Shown: positions 1 to 14,520, numbered from the whole stretch's first letter. The stretch: 63,174 nucleotides of DNA, filler included, from Octopus bimaculoides (GCF_001194135.2; 8 parts of 6 records of this genome joined end to end with filler, not necessarily neighbours in it); one strand, 5' to 3'. Notes: generated by a model from the letters alone, not told the origin. Made by a program: numbers and translations.

Positions 1-500
1 ATATATGTATGTGTATGTGTGTGTATGTATATATGTATATATACATAGATACATTTGTATATCTGATCGTACAGCAAGCAATGTCGGTGGTAAAAAATAG
101 GGATTAAATTACTATTTTCTTTTGGTGATATAGCGTTTCAATGGAATTATGTGATCGTCTGCGTAACGATAAACAATACAACATACTAGTGTGCGCCAGT
201 GAAACACGTGTAAAGATTAGGAAATTTATGATAGTGTTATGTGCATACAAGCTAACTTTTCTGTTCTATTCTACTCTCGGATATACGGTCTATATATTTT
301 TCAATTCTATAAAATACGGAAAGTATATCGGAGGAAAAATTATGTATAATACTTGATTGGAATTTGGATATATATGAATTTACATGAAGCACTGTTACGC
401 TATCTCGTTTGCTGTTACGGTATCTCGTTGGAAATAGCAATTCTTCAATATATATATATATATATGTATATATGTGGGTGTGTGTGTGAGTATGTATATC

Positions 501-550
<50 letters not shown>

Positions 551-1206
551 TTTCTGTGAATTCATGTGGGTGTATGTGTCTCTGTGTGTGTTTCGAAGCC
601 GAAATTACTGAATATTATTGTTCGGTTTCGTGTTTACTGTTGTTCATGTGACGTATTTGTTACGAAATTCTGCCTGGTAACAGAGAGTTATAATAAATTC
701 ATAATAAATCTTTGCACTCTTCTTTTACACAGAATCCTCGTCTTTCTTTCGTTTGTTAGCTCCAACCTGCATTCAGGTCAAGCACACACACACACACANN
801 NNNNNNNNNNNNNNNNNNNNNNNNNNNNNNNNNNNNNNNNNNNNNNNNNNNNNNNNNNNNNNNNNNNNNNNNNNNNNNNNNNNNNNNNNNNNNNNNNNNN
901 NNNNNNNNNNNNNNNNNNNNNNNNNNNNNNNNNNNNNNNNNNNNNNNNNNNNNNNNNNNNNNNNNNNNNNNNNNNNNNNNNNNNNNNNNNNNNNNNNNNN
1001 NNNNNNNNNNNNNNNNNNNNNNNNNNNNNNNNNNNNNNNNNNNNNNNNNNNNNNNNNNNNNNNNNNNNNNNNNNNNNNNNNNNNNNNNNNNNNNNNNNNN
1101 NNNNNNNNNNNNNNNNNNNNNNNNNNNNNNNNNNNNNNNNNNNNNNNNNNNNNNNNNNNNNNNNNNNNNNNNNNNNNNNNNNNNNNNNNNNNNNNNNNNN
1201 NNNNNN

Positions 1207-1243
<37 letters not shown>

Positions 1244-1512
1244 GTGTGTTTATTCTCAGATATATCTATTATAAAACGTATCACACTATCCACATGTCAA
1301 AAGTATTTTATAGACAAAGTTTGGTATCATAAATCAATTCACTGAATCATGACATTTGTTTAGATCTAATTTCCGGACACAAGTCTATTGTATATTTTCA
1401 TATTTGGAAATAACATACAAATCACTATCTCATAACCTTGCTATCTCATTAGCTAATTTGTTTTGTTACTCTTGGTCGGTTAGACAGCGAGACAAACATA
1501 TAGACAAATAGT

Positions 1513-1700
<188 letters not shown>

Positions 1701-1805
1701 GCTATTTTGATAAACAGATTGATAGATATATATGTATAAATATACATGTATATACACACATTTGGAGCCACACACACATACACACGCATGTACACACACA
1801 CACAC

Positions 1806-1895
<90 letters not shown>

Positions 1896-2499
1896 GGATA
1901 GCTACGCAGATAGCTAGGAAAATAAATAGATATATAAATAGCAAGAAAGACAGATTAATAGGTACAAAGATATATTGATAGGTAGATAGAGAGTTAAACA
2001 GGTAGATAGATAGATATATATATATATATATAGATAGATAGATAGATAGATGGATAGATAGACAGACAGACAGATGGCTATTTGTATACATGTTTACATA
2101 TCTATCAGATAGATGGTTTCATATGTATCTTTAAAGATGCACGTGTAATGGAAGTCAACTCAGTATCGAGTATGGCCATTGCTTGTTAACGAGATACAAA
2201 GCAAAGGTTACATTTCAATCCACTTTATGATCTTCAGCTTTTACCATAGCTATCGCATGTCTCTTCTCAGTTAAATGCAATGCTGAATTAGGATATTTAA
2301 TATTGTGTACAGACATATGTCTTTTCTGTCTACCTGCAGAAAAACGACATGTATTACATGGTTGGTCGGCATATGATCATTCAGATGGCAAAGATTTAGT
2401 AGTTTGTTGTTATTCATGCATCACTGAGTAGCAAAGAACACCAGACTTCAATTAACAAATCCAGTTACAGGCGGAACATTTAAAGGAATGTGTGTGTGT

Positions 2500-2645
2500 A
2501 CAGGCGTTGCTGAATGGTAAGAAGCTTGCCTCCCAACCAAATGGTTCTGGGTTCAGTCCCACTGCGTGATACCTTCTGCTAGAGCTTTGGGCTTGCTAAA
2601 GCCTTGCGAGTGGATGTGGTTGACAGAAACTGGAAGAAGCCTGTC

Positions 2646-2685
<40 letters not shown>

Positions 2686-2900
2686 TGTTTGTGTGTGTAT
2701 GTGTGTGTGTCAGTGTTTGTACCTTCGCCATCGTTTGACAACTGATGCTGGTGTAACTTAGCATTTCGGCAAAAGTACCGGCATAATAAGTACTAGGCTT
2801 ACAAAGAATAAGTTCTGGAGTCGATTTGTTCGACTAAAACCCTTCAAGGCGGTGCTCCGGCATGGCCACAATCAAATGACTGAAACAAGTAAACGAATGA
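2500..2900 (+). mobile_element. tRNA-derived SINE family 1
   Basis: A/B-box-like head (..GAATGGTAAG..GGGTTCAGTCCC), GAAACTG.AAGAAGCC core, (TA)n, tail CATGGCCACAATCAAATGACTGAAACAAG. Confidence 0.8.
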
Positions 2901-3269
2901 AATAATATATATATATACACACACACATTGACGTACATACACATACATACATACATACACACATACACACATACATACATACAAACATGCATACATACAT
3001 ACATACATACATACATACATACGAGTACACACATAACTATCATTTACAGGCACACATATGTGCATGCATGCATGTATACATCTAATTGTGTAAGAAAATA
3101 TGATGATTAGGTGTGTGTATGTACGTATGTTTATGAAACCTTTCAAATTATTTTATGTGCCACATGAATATTACCGTCTATTAAAAAGACACGTAAATGG
3201 TCCTTACACCAAGCCCTAGAACTGCATGTTTTCTCACAAATATGTCACCGAAAACTAATATTGTAACCC

Positions 3270-4225
3270 TGATCATGTCGATGATGAGAATCACATTATC
3301 AAGTCAAATATCTTCGAGAACCACAAATTGTTCCACAGACATGACAAACACAGTTATCTGGCCTCTGTGACAAAAGATCATCAAAGTCATCCGGTGTTTC
3401 GCTAACTACGTGCGATGTCTGGTGACTAACTAGTTCTAGAGAGCAATACTCTGTTGCACTCATTGAATCTAAATTATAAGTTGAAATCTTATGGAATAAC
3501 TGTTTTCTTCCTTCCACAAGGATCTCTTGAGCTCTGCATGTTCAGTACGCTTTACCTCATACTCTTCGCAATCAACTTTAATTATACTTCACCAGCCATT
3601 TCCGTTCTTTGCTGAGGATTCCGAATTTCTAATATCCATATGCCGGATTCTTCAAATCATCCTTTACCACATCTTTGAATTGCCTTTTTGGATTATGACT
3701 TGGCCTCTTGTTATTTAAAATTTCTCAATAAAACAATTACTTGGGTAATATGGTATCGTCCATTTTGACAACATGACCAGCATAATGCATTTGACTGTAG
3801 ACAAATATCTCAATACTTTCACAACTGACTCCTCTTACTACTTTCGTATTTGATGTGAAAGATGTCCACTTAACACGTAAACTCTGACTTAGACAGTTTT
3901 GATGAAGGTTGTCTACAACTCAGATTCATATAACAATATAGTTTGTACGCATGATCTGTACATACTTATTCTAGTTACCAGATGTAGGCTCCGATCCTTC
4001 CATATCATTTTTTTTTTATTTTCCAAATGTGAAAAGTATCATGTTCAATTCTCTGATTGATTTCTGCATCAAGTGATCCATCTGTGCTGAAAATGCTTCC
4101 AAGATATGAAGAAATATCCACTACACTCAGTCGTGTACCGTTGACTGTTATGTTTTGCTTAACATGAGCAGTAAACCTCGGTCTGGATTTTGTGAAGCTG
4201 AAGGTCAGAAGAGCTCGAAAAATCC
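3270..4225 (-). mobile_element. RTE-clade LINE, 3' part of ORF2 (decayed)
   Basis: Pieces translate as ..SYLGSIFSTDGSLDAEINQRIE.., WKDRSLHLVTRISMYRSCVQTILLYESE, AGHVVKMDDTILPK..KRQFKDVVK and terminal CHVCGTICGSR; stops and frameshifts present. Confidence 0.85.
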
Positions 4226-5084
4226 TAGAAGAACGACAATCAAAGAATACAAAATGACATTAACATTTTGAAAGCTAAGGAAAAGGGAATGAGAGGAACA
4301 GGGCCTTCGCGTGGTAACTAAATTGTGTACAGATCATGCGTATTAACTGATTTATTGAATTAATCTGAGGTGTGGACAAGCTTCATGTGGCACATAAAAT
4401 AATATGAAAGGTTTCATAAATATACGTACACACACACACACACACACACACAGTTAAATACATACATGTATGTATGCACACACGCATTCATATATACATA
4501 TATGCATACACTCCTGCATAGACATACATATATGCATGCATACAGACATGCATTCATGCATAAATGCATACGTATATATAATCATACATATATGCAAAAT
4601 ATGTAATACATATAATGATGCATACACACATACACACTCATTAATGCAAATATACACACATACATACACATGAATACATCTTACATACATACATACATAC
4701 ATTCATACATAATACTCTCCAAGAGTACATATTCCGAAAGTTAAAATATAGATATATCAACAATACCAGGATGAATAACTTCTTCTGAACCAGTGTTAAC
4801 TACTTTACATCCCAGGGGTCAAAGAGGATGTATGTACGTGGTCATTTGAACTGATAGAAATAGTCGATATAACTCATCAAATAACATTCTTCTGTCTTGA
4901 AAAAGGAGGGACACATTGGACTATGTCGTCCTAAATATTCAGTACCAGAATGGCGGATGAATGGTTACAGATGGAACGCTTTTGATGGTAGTTTTGCTCA
5001 AAAGAGGTTGACCGGGGTTTACAGAACTATATCACTCTTACATATTTTCCTAGCAGGATCTTCATCCTCTATCTAGAAACAGGA

Positions 5085-5420
5085 GCTATCTACTATGCAC
5101 TTGGTCTATAGAAGAAATAAGGATGTCTCCAAAGTACTTGTGTTGCATAGATATCACCCACATCACCACCAGTTGTCCGAAAATGTCCACAACAAAATTA
5201 CTTCCAGAGGAATGATGGTCACTGAAAGTGTAGATATTATTTATAGGAAAGATTGTCCTAAGCAGCAGTCTGGTGCACACAATGGGTGTGATATTGTTCT
5301 ATGGGACACAGAACAAAAAGCAAGCACTATTGTGATCAACTGCTTTGCAGATGTGATGTTTTGTTTAAAGTGGCTGGGGAAAGAGAGCATTTATTGTGAA
5401 CAAATGCAAAACTAACAATC
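5085..5420 (+). mobile_element. Degenerate R4/Dong-type restriction-like endonuclease (REL) fragment
   Basis: HNGCDIVLWDTEQKASTIVINC resembles HNRPDIVIWDREDKLCTVVEISCP of the R4-type element at 57.8-58.3 kb. Confidence 0.55.
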
Positions 5421-5557
5421 GTAATATTCTGGCCATAGATTCTCCTTTACATGTTATATCGATGTAAATGAGAATAATGCATGAAAGAGGTGTTTTGGAT
5501 TGCATAAAAGACTAGATATACTGGGATTTTCCACGAGGAACATATAAGCTCAGCCTT

Positions 5558-5628
<71 letters not shown>

Positions 5629-5997
5629 AACGAGCTTGTGTCATCCAAATTCAATTCATTAATGGTATACAGGGTATTAATCATATATACCAAAGATTTT
5701 CCGTTTCAGTTTTGTAGAAGGAGCATATACACACCGTTACCTACATACATACGGCATGCACACATATATGCATTTATACATGTATGAATACATGCATACA
5801 TATATACATAGTTACATTCAAGCATACATGCATAGATATATACAAAGTAAACAAGCATTCGTCTGATAAAGAGACACATCTGCATACATTACATGATTTC
5901 ATGTACGTTCGTACAAACATATATATCGACAAAATAACCACTCTTACACACACACATACACACACATAAACACACAGACACTCATATAAACGCCTAC

Positions 5998-6028
<31 letters not shown>

Positions 6029-6560
6029 NNNNNNNNNNNNNNNNNNNNNNNNNNNNNNNNNNNNNNNNNNNNNNNNNNNNNNNNNNNNNNNNNNNNNNNN
6101 NNNNNNNNNNNNNNNNNNNNNNNNNNNNNNNNNNNNNNNNNNNNNNNNNNNNNNNNNNNNNNNNNNNNNNNNNNNNNNNNNNNNNNNNNNNNNNNNNNNN
6201 NNNNNNNNNNNNNNNNNNNNNNNNNNNNNNNNNNNNNNNNNNNNNNNNNNNNNNNNNNNNNNNNNNNNNNNNNNNNNNNNNNNNNNNNNNNNNNNNNNNN
6301 NNNNNNNNNNNNNNNNNNNNNNNNNNNNNNNNNNNNNNNNNNNNNNNNNNNNNNNNNNNNNNNNNNNNNNNNNNNNNNNNNNNNNNNNNNNNNNNNNNNN
6401 NNNNNNNNNNNNNNNNNNNNNNNNNNNNNNNNNNNNNNNNNNNNNNNNNNNNNNNNNNNNNNNNNNNNNNNNNNNNNNNNNNNNNNNNNNNNNNNNNNNN
6501 NNNNNNNNNNNNNNNNNNNNNNNNNNNNNNNNNNNNNNNNNNNNNNNNNNNNNNNNNNNN

Positions 6561-6623
<63 letters not shown>

Positions 6624-7134
6624 TACATATAAATCTACACATATACATCTATACATATCTGTAAATATACATCTATATATATATACATATATGTACATAT
6701 ATATATACACATATATACATGCATACATATGTATATATATACATAAATATAATAATGATATTAGGGATTAAATTATTATTCCAACCTTACAGGTAAAATG
6801 CAGTATAATAATTTTAGACCGAATTTTGTAATATATAGTATATGTATATAACTAATTTAGAGACGAACTACCATTCCACAACTCAGTCAATGAAGAACCC
6901 GTCTAAAACCATGCTGCGAGACATATACCATACAAAATACTAATCTAAAATTAGTCTAGTCTGCAGATGCCAAACCAGCAAGGGGAAGCTGCTGACCTCT
7001 CCTGTTCGAAGGTTATAAAGGACACAGGTTTCGTGTGTCACATAGCTAGCTAGAGGCGATGGCTTCTTGGAGCTAATTCACGGCAGCTTTCGTCCTAATT
7101 TTGGGACTGCCATGTTGGCTTGGCGATAACTATT

Positions 7135-7170
<36 letters not shown>

Positions 7171-7187
7171 CATAAATATATATATGT

Positions 7188-7218
<31 letters not shown>

Positions 7219-7810
7219 TATATCCATATATGCATATATATGCATAATACAAATATATGCACATATACATATATATATATATACATATATACATATATAC
7301 ATATACATATATATATACATGTCCACACACATATATATATATATATATATATACATGCATACACATATATAGATGCAAATACACACACATATATATATAT
7401 ATATACATGTATGCATGTTTATATGCAATGTGAGATAATAGTTTCATTATGTATATATCATATACATAGAGAAAGAGTTAATAGGGAAAGTATTAATAGT
7501 GACACTATTAAAACTGAAACTATTATTTCACATTACAATAGAGATGTTATTGTTTCACTTTTTACACGTAATACCGAAATAGTCTAAGAGATTGCTCTAG
7601 GCTCGCATTAGAAAAGAAGTCGAAATTTTTTTGGCCCATGAATGAAATCAGTCGGATAGTTCTCGAATTTTAGTGATGTACACATACAGACATACACAGT
7701 CAGACAGACAGTCATGGTCAGTTATATATATATTAATAAATCCAGGTAGATATCTAGAAAGCACTCATATTTATATGTGTGTGTGCTTTCGCGCGTCTGT
7801 GTGTGCGTGC

Positions 7811-7854
<44 letters not shown>

Positions 7855-7861
7855 ACACACG

Positions 7862-7953
<92 letters not shown>

Positions 7954-7957
<4 letters not shown>

Positions 7958-8186
7958 AATCCCACGACTATCGCAGGTGTTATGTTCCCATATCCCCTGC
8001 GATAGTTGAAAATCTGCGAAGTAGGAACAGTACTGTACTGTATATATATTTTTATTATCTTTATAATTTGTATATATTTATTATATTATAAATGCAAAAC
8101 AACACGGAGGAATCGACGTAAGCTTAATAATGAACCGCGATAGGTGAACCGCGATAAGCGAACCGCGATATGCCGAGGGATTACTG
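7954..8186. mobile_element. pogo/Tigger-like MITE
   Basis: Imperfect TIRs CAATAATCCCACGACTATCGC / GCGATATGCCGAGGGATTACTG followed by TA; internal GAACCGCGATA repeats. Confidence 0.7.
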
Positions 8187-9386
8187 TATATATATTATAT
8201 ATATGTATACATAGATATGTATATCTATCTATATACCTATCCATCCACACATATATATATATATATATAGATAGATTCTGAGTTGAAATCTCATCGTGGA
8301 TAGCTTTAATTTTCAATTCTCAGTTGTAGCTATTATAAAATATCAGTCAAGTACTGGAGCCAATGGTATCGATTACTGCTGGACTTCGAAACAATAATAA
8401 ATTGCAGAGACATAGCAGAATAGCTTGAGTGTCGGACAAAATACAATGTGTTATTTCTTCCGATTCTTTACGTTCTGACTTCAAATTCCGTCCACGTTAA
8501 CTTTGTTTTTTCATCTTTTCAGGGTTGAAAAGAAATTCTTTTTAGAAAGATCTGAAACGGATAAAACCTGGAAAAGTATCAGACGTCGACGAGAAACATG
8601 TTTTTGTTGATATACTGGTTGATGATTTTAGACACACGCGCACACACATAGAGGCACACACACACATACACACACACACACTCACACTCACACATACACC
8701 TATAGATACATACATATACATAGATGCACACATACACTTATACATACATTCATAACTACATACACACACATACACTCATACATACATGCATACATACACT
8801 CATACATATATTCATACATACATACATTCATACACTCATATATATTCATACATACATACATACATACATACATAAATGCATACATATATACATACATACA
8901 TACATATATACATACATACATACATAAATGCATACATACATACGTATATATATTTGTTTATAAATGGGAAGTTTGGGAATGATTGATAAGTACTTGTTCA
9001 TTCAATGAATAACAGTTTTCCGAGAGATCGTTCAAGTATACAGAAAGGAAATGAAAAGTCTCGAAGTGAGTCAAGCTCTAAATAAAGATAGTAAAGTGTT
9101 TTCATACAATCAATATAACTTGTAGACCGTTGTATATTTTCTAAGCCTGACAACGGGCTGCTTCTACGAGAACCAGCGTTAATTATTTGACTAGACCACT
9201 CACGATTGGTCAAATAATGACCAATTCTATTGAAGCCAGGAAATGGGACTGGATGCTGTTCATCTATTTCCCAACGGAGTAAGTAGAATGAGTCATGTGC
9301 TTACGATCGACTGAACCATTTCTCTATTTGGAGTTATTACCAAAGATCTACAATATGGTGTGTACATTTTCTTCACACACACACTC

Positions 9387-9426
<40 letters not shown>

Positions 9427-9441
9427 ACGCACACACACACG

Positions 9442-9482
<41 letters not shown>

Positions 9483-10634
9483 NNNNNNNNNNNNNNNNNN
9501 NNNNNNNNNNNNNNNNNNNNNNNNNNNNNNNNNNNNNNNNNNNNNNNNNNNNNNNNNNNNNNNNNNNNNNNNNNNNNNNNNNNNNNNNNNNNNNNNNNNN
9601 NNNNNNNNNNNNNNNNNNNNNNNNNNNNNNNNNNNNNNNNNNNNNNNNNNNNNNNNNNNNNNNNNNNNNNNNNNNNNNNNNNNNNNNNNNNNNNNNNNNN
9701 NNNNNNNNNNNNNNNNNNNNNNNNNNNNNNNNNNNNNNNNNNNNNNNNNNNNNNNNNNNNNNNNNNNNNNNNNNNNNNNNNNNNNNNNNNNNNNNNNNNN
9801 NNNNNNNNNNNNNNNNNNNNNNNNNNNNNNNNNNNNNNNNNNNNNNNNNNNNNNNNNNNNNNNNNNNNNNNNNNNNNNNNNNNNNNNNNNNNNNNNNNNN
9901 NNNNNNNNNNNNNNNNNNNNNNNNNNNNNNATATATATATATATATAAAAGTAAGAGCGCAAGCAAATGAAATCTACGATCAGACAAAGAAGATACTTAT
10001 CTATATGCACACAAGGCGCTAACAGTTGACCGAAATTATGGGGCTATTTATTCTAAATTTACTGACAATAAAAATTCCTGAAATGAGATCTGAAATATAC
10101 ATAGGCACTCGAATCACTCACCTTGTATATTGAGGAACTTGGCTGACTAAATTAGTAAATAGGTTAGTAAATGGGTGTCCTCGTTATCTTCCGATAAAGA
10201 TACACTTATGGGTATAGCTGGGTTTTATAACGAAACGCTTGGAAATACTGAGTTTTCTCATAAAATCAGTTACATAAAGTCACTGGGAATACACAGCGTA
10301 AGACTAGGAATAAGGTAAGGAATATTTTATAAGATAAGATAAGGAATATTTTATGGTACAACCCAGTATTTATCCTTGCAGTAAAAACTGATATAGTTAG
10401 AGAATTTCTTAATTAAATAGATCACCAGTTTCCGCCAAGGCATAAGTATGGAAAAATATTTTTTTGTACTGTAGGCACAAGGCCCGAAATTTTGGGGGAG
10501 GGGGCTAGTCGATCAGATTGGCCTCAGTACGCAACTGGTACTTAATTTATCGATCCCGAAAGGATGAAAGGCAAAGTCGACCTCGGCGGAATTTGAACTC
10601 AGAACATAAAGACAAATGAAATAAGTATAGAAAA

Positions 10635-11200
10635 ATATTGAATAGGAACTGTGCTAAGGTTAGCTAATCAGTGTGCAAAAATTTCGAGTGTTATATCATA
10701 AGTTATAATGCTGCGAAGAATAGAATAGAAGAGAGATGCAAATAACTAGCCAACAAAAGTCATGCAACTGTAGAATTCATGAGAACTGTTCACTAGACGG
10801 TAACTTCCTGACGAAGTCAATAGTATACAGTGCAAACGTTGAATTAAACGGCAGTGATCAATTTAAAACTTATACTGGGGCAACTGAACCCGCATTTAAA
10901 AGCCGTTATTACAAGCCTAAACATTCATTTATCAGCTCCGACAGAAAATGTATTAGGGCTTTGTCGAAGTTTATATGGTTCTTGCGTAATACACGTCCCC
11001 ATGAATTCAAAAATTTCTAGTCTATTGTAGATAGTGAACAACCATATAGGAACAGGAGCTTCAAATCAAAGATGCGACAAGACCTTTGTTTGAACGAAAA
11101 TCCAAGAATTTTGACTCAAGGCACCAATAGTTTGGCAGAATAAACTAGCTATTAACGCCTTGTATGCATGAGGCTAGGTATCTTTTATGCAAATACAAAG
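10635..11200 (+). mobile_element. Penelope-like element, GIY-YIG endonuclease remnant
   Basis: NRNCAKVS.. then CNCRIHENCSLDGNFLTKSIVYSANV..KTYTGATEPAFKSRYYKPKHSF..ALSKFIWFLR and DLCLNEK, the typical PLE endonuclease layout. Confidence 0.8.
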
Positions 11201-12426
11201 GTCTTTGAATTTTGTTCTGGTTCAGGAAAAAAAAAAACGTTTAATTAATAGGTTTTATTGATAAATGTACGTGTCTATAGTGAGTATATGTATATAAGTA
11301 TATGTGTATATGTATATATATTTATTCATGTATACATGAATATATAATTCTGTGTACACGCCCGCGCGTCTGCACTGGCACATGCAAAATGAAGACCAGA
11401 ATACACACTCATTATTTTTAAAAACATTAACTAAATGTATTAATTAAAAGTATCATTTAAAAGTATTAATTTGGAACATTGCTTAAGCAGCAACACATTT
11501 TAATGACTTCGATTGTATGGCATTTATGGCGGTTTTACAATAATATTATCACAAGAATCAGAAATGAAATCTAAAGTATGAGCCTGAAGCCGCTGTTTTT
11601 GCATTTGTCGTTCACAAAGGCTTTTTTTAAACGAAACAGCATACGTATAAGCGTTTTCTTCAAATTTTCATCTCATATTTCAAGAAATATTCGGACAGTG
11701 AATTTTCAAAAGAAACGACTAATTGGAGCCTTTCAATTATAACGCATTGTAGAATACTCTACACTTGTATTGAATCCTATAATTTACCGCTTGTTGAATC
11801 AATACGTTGTTAGTGACGGACCCATAATAAAATTGCAGCGGCGACTAGGATGCATAATTATATACAGAGTAATGTACAGTAGAAACGCATGTTGGTCATT
11901 GTTATATATACTGTAGAAGACTTTAAAAAAATGTTTTGGATGTGAATAAATCTCCACTCTCCACTTGGTTTTCAAATATATATACATACATACACACACA
12001 CACACATATATATATATAATCTTTATATCATATTTAAAGCAGATACATGGTTGATATAGACGCACACACACGCACACACACGCCCCCCCCCATCAATCTT
12101 TATATCATACTTAAAATAGATTCGTAGATGAGAAACCTGCTGAACTATATCTGCGTTATACTTAAGAGGCTGAAATACATATTTAGCAACGCTACAAACA
12201 CTATTGAACGATTTAAGTGAGCTGCAAATGTGTTACTGTGTTTCTTAATACTATACATCTATAAGAGATGCTATCTCAAGACGAATACCGCTATGTAGGA
12301 AGATCATAACAAACGTGATTGAACATCAAACAAATGTTACTTCTTTCTACAGTTAGTGTATAATGGAGTTACATTCCATTTCATACCATACCTAAGTCGT
12401 GAGAAGGAATCATATAACAGATTTCC

Positions 12427-12748
12427 TTAGACATGGCGGCTACATATCTTGTAAGGGATATCGTCATTATTGCATAACAACAGCGAGGTAAGATGAGCAA
12501 TGTGGGTAGAAATAACACAGAGATATAAAAACAGACCACAGAAACCCATACAAGAGCACAAGCAAATGCAAGCTACGGCCACATTTTTGAATGGTGCAAA
12601 TGACTGGATGGTAGAAGGCGTTTCTGTTCGGAAACCATATTGCAGAAGTAATACAATACTATTTGTGATTCCCTTTGACACTGCTAAACTGGTTGCCGAA
12701 TTGACTAAATTATGCAAAATCATCATGTGGTTCCACAAAAGGAAGTCT
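12427..12748 (-). CDS. Candidate exon with ankyrin-like motif and hydrophobic segment
   Basis: Acceptor CCCTCCTTCCGCCCTATTTTTCAG|A; open frame DFLLWNHMMILHNLVNSATSLAVSKGITNSIVLLLQYGF..*; no partner exon found. Confidence 0.3.
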
Positions 12749-13092
12749 CTGAAAAATAGGGCGGAAGGAGGGTAGTTTATGGGTCCTTTGAGTCATGAAG
12801 GTAGGAGTGTATAATACTTTCTGTGGATGTTAGACTCCGTATATTGGTTGCTAGATTCACAAGAGCCTACTTGACGCGCATTGAGACTTCAGGAGAACAG
12901 AGAAACAGTGAATTGTAAAGGAAAATTAAAGGTACTTCATCATACATATGGTGAAAGAATAAAACAGATCTTCCCCAAACATTAAATTTAAATAGATGCT
13001 GCAGGGTTCAAGTTACAACACCTGTCCCTGGTTTCATATAAAAACAAGTCACCATGTTACGATGTGACGCCTAAGGAAATCGCACGCGTATA

Positions 13093-13148
<56 letters not shown>

Positions 13149-13370
13149 CGTGCGCACAAAAGAGAAATGAAAGTTAGATGACTAGAAGAGGAAGAAGTTG
13201 TTTTCGATTCAGTATATGTTTATTGTTAAAAGGTTATACAGGAAATGATGGCCCAATGTGAAACAACAGAGTAAATAACGAAAGTTCATTTGATATGGTA
13301 GCTTAGTTGGAGAGATTCTGTAATTTCGGAAATATATAGAGAATGACAGAATATGTGAATGAATAAATGC

Positions 13371-13470
13371 NNNNNNNNNNNNNNNNNNNNNNNNNNNNNN
13401 NNNNNNNNNNNNNNTTAATTAATTAANNNNNNNNNNNNNNNNNNNNNNNNNNNNNNNNNNNNNNNNNNNN
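13371..13470. other. Artificial scaffold-join spacer (44N-TTAATTAATTAA-44N)
   Basis: Identical 100-bp construct with the 12-mer at 13415, 19161, 25061, 26871, 38497, 50403 and 61496; the 12-mer gives stops in all six frames. Confidence 0.95.
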
Positions 13471-13752
13471 CAGATACCAGAAAACCCCAAAATGGCAGAA
13501 GTTCAAAAGATAGTGCTCATGGGAACTGCCCATATCCTACTTAAAATACTGTCTATGTGATCTCAAATTTTAAAACAAACACATAATTTTCTTATGGTTT
13601 CTTAAACATTCACTAGAACAAAACTGTACAAATCCAAATATATGGTACCCTAGGCATAACACCTACATGAACTTCTAACTTGTTGTCTCTTGAGGTCTCT
13701 GGGTGAGACTTGGATCCAACTTGTACAAATGCAAAACAAAAGTCAAACATAA

Positions 13753-13785
<33 letters not shown>
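13471..13785 (+). mobile_element. R4/Dong-type LINE 3' end #1 with (TAA)n tail
   Basis: QIPENPKMAEVQKIVLMGTAHILLKILSM* then 3'UTR ending in (AAT)n at ~13752-13785. Confidence 0.7.
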
Positions 13786-14520
13786 TTGACAACACTACCG
13801 ACAGTGACAAATGCAGAATGTGTGGTGAGAGGGGTGAAACGGTATGACAATGTGGCAAGAATGATCCATTGGGTGCTCTGTGGAAATCACAGCCTAGAAA
13901 AAGCAAAGACGTGGTATGAAAAAACTCCCGAAGAAGTCACCGAGAATGAGAATTGCAAAATCCTGTGGAATGCAATTATTCAGTGCGATCACCTGACCAG
14001 ACGTCGGAAACCTGACATTGTCGTGGAGAAAAAGAAGAACATGTATGATAATCGACACAGCATGCCCCGGTGACAACAGGATCAATGTGAAAGAAGAAGA
14101 AAAAATAAACAACTATGACGAACTGAAGTGGGAAATACGAAGGTTGTGGTCAAAGAAGAGAGTAAACGTGATACGAATAGTAATTGGTGCACTTGGAAGT
14201 ATCAGCACTCAACTACCAACATGGCTGAAAAAGATCAGTACAAATGTGAAGGTAGAACACCTACAAAAGTCAGCATTGCTTGGGACTACAAGAGTTCTTT
14301 GCAGGGTTCTTGAAGCATGACCAGTAAACAAGTGTCACCTCAGTCTGCGGGCTGTGGACAGCTGACTAAAATAAGCTGCGAGTTCTCGAATACTCCGGAT
14401 GGTGTTCGAAAAATAAGGGGTGTTACCTTAGTTCACTGGTAGTGAACAGCTGACACCGTAGCTTATCTGCAGCATTAGACGCTGTGCAAAGACAATAAAT
14501 AATAATAGCAATAATAACAA
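13786..14520 (+). mobile_element. R4/Dong-type LINE 3' fragment #2 (zinc-finger remnant + REL domain)
   Basis: DSDKCRMCGERGETV, KILWNAIIQCDHLTRRRKPDIVV, CMIIDTACPGDNRINVKEEEKINNYDELKWEIRRLW..IVIGALGSI..LQKSALLGTTRVL*; ends in an AAT-rich tail. Confidence 0.9.

Noticed and set aside
12421-13080. 10-bp inverted repeat ATTTCCTTAG/CTAAGGAAAT as transposon TIRs
   Set aside because: Too short, no TSD, no transposase similarity inside.
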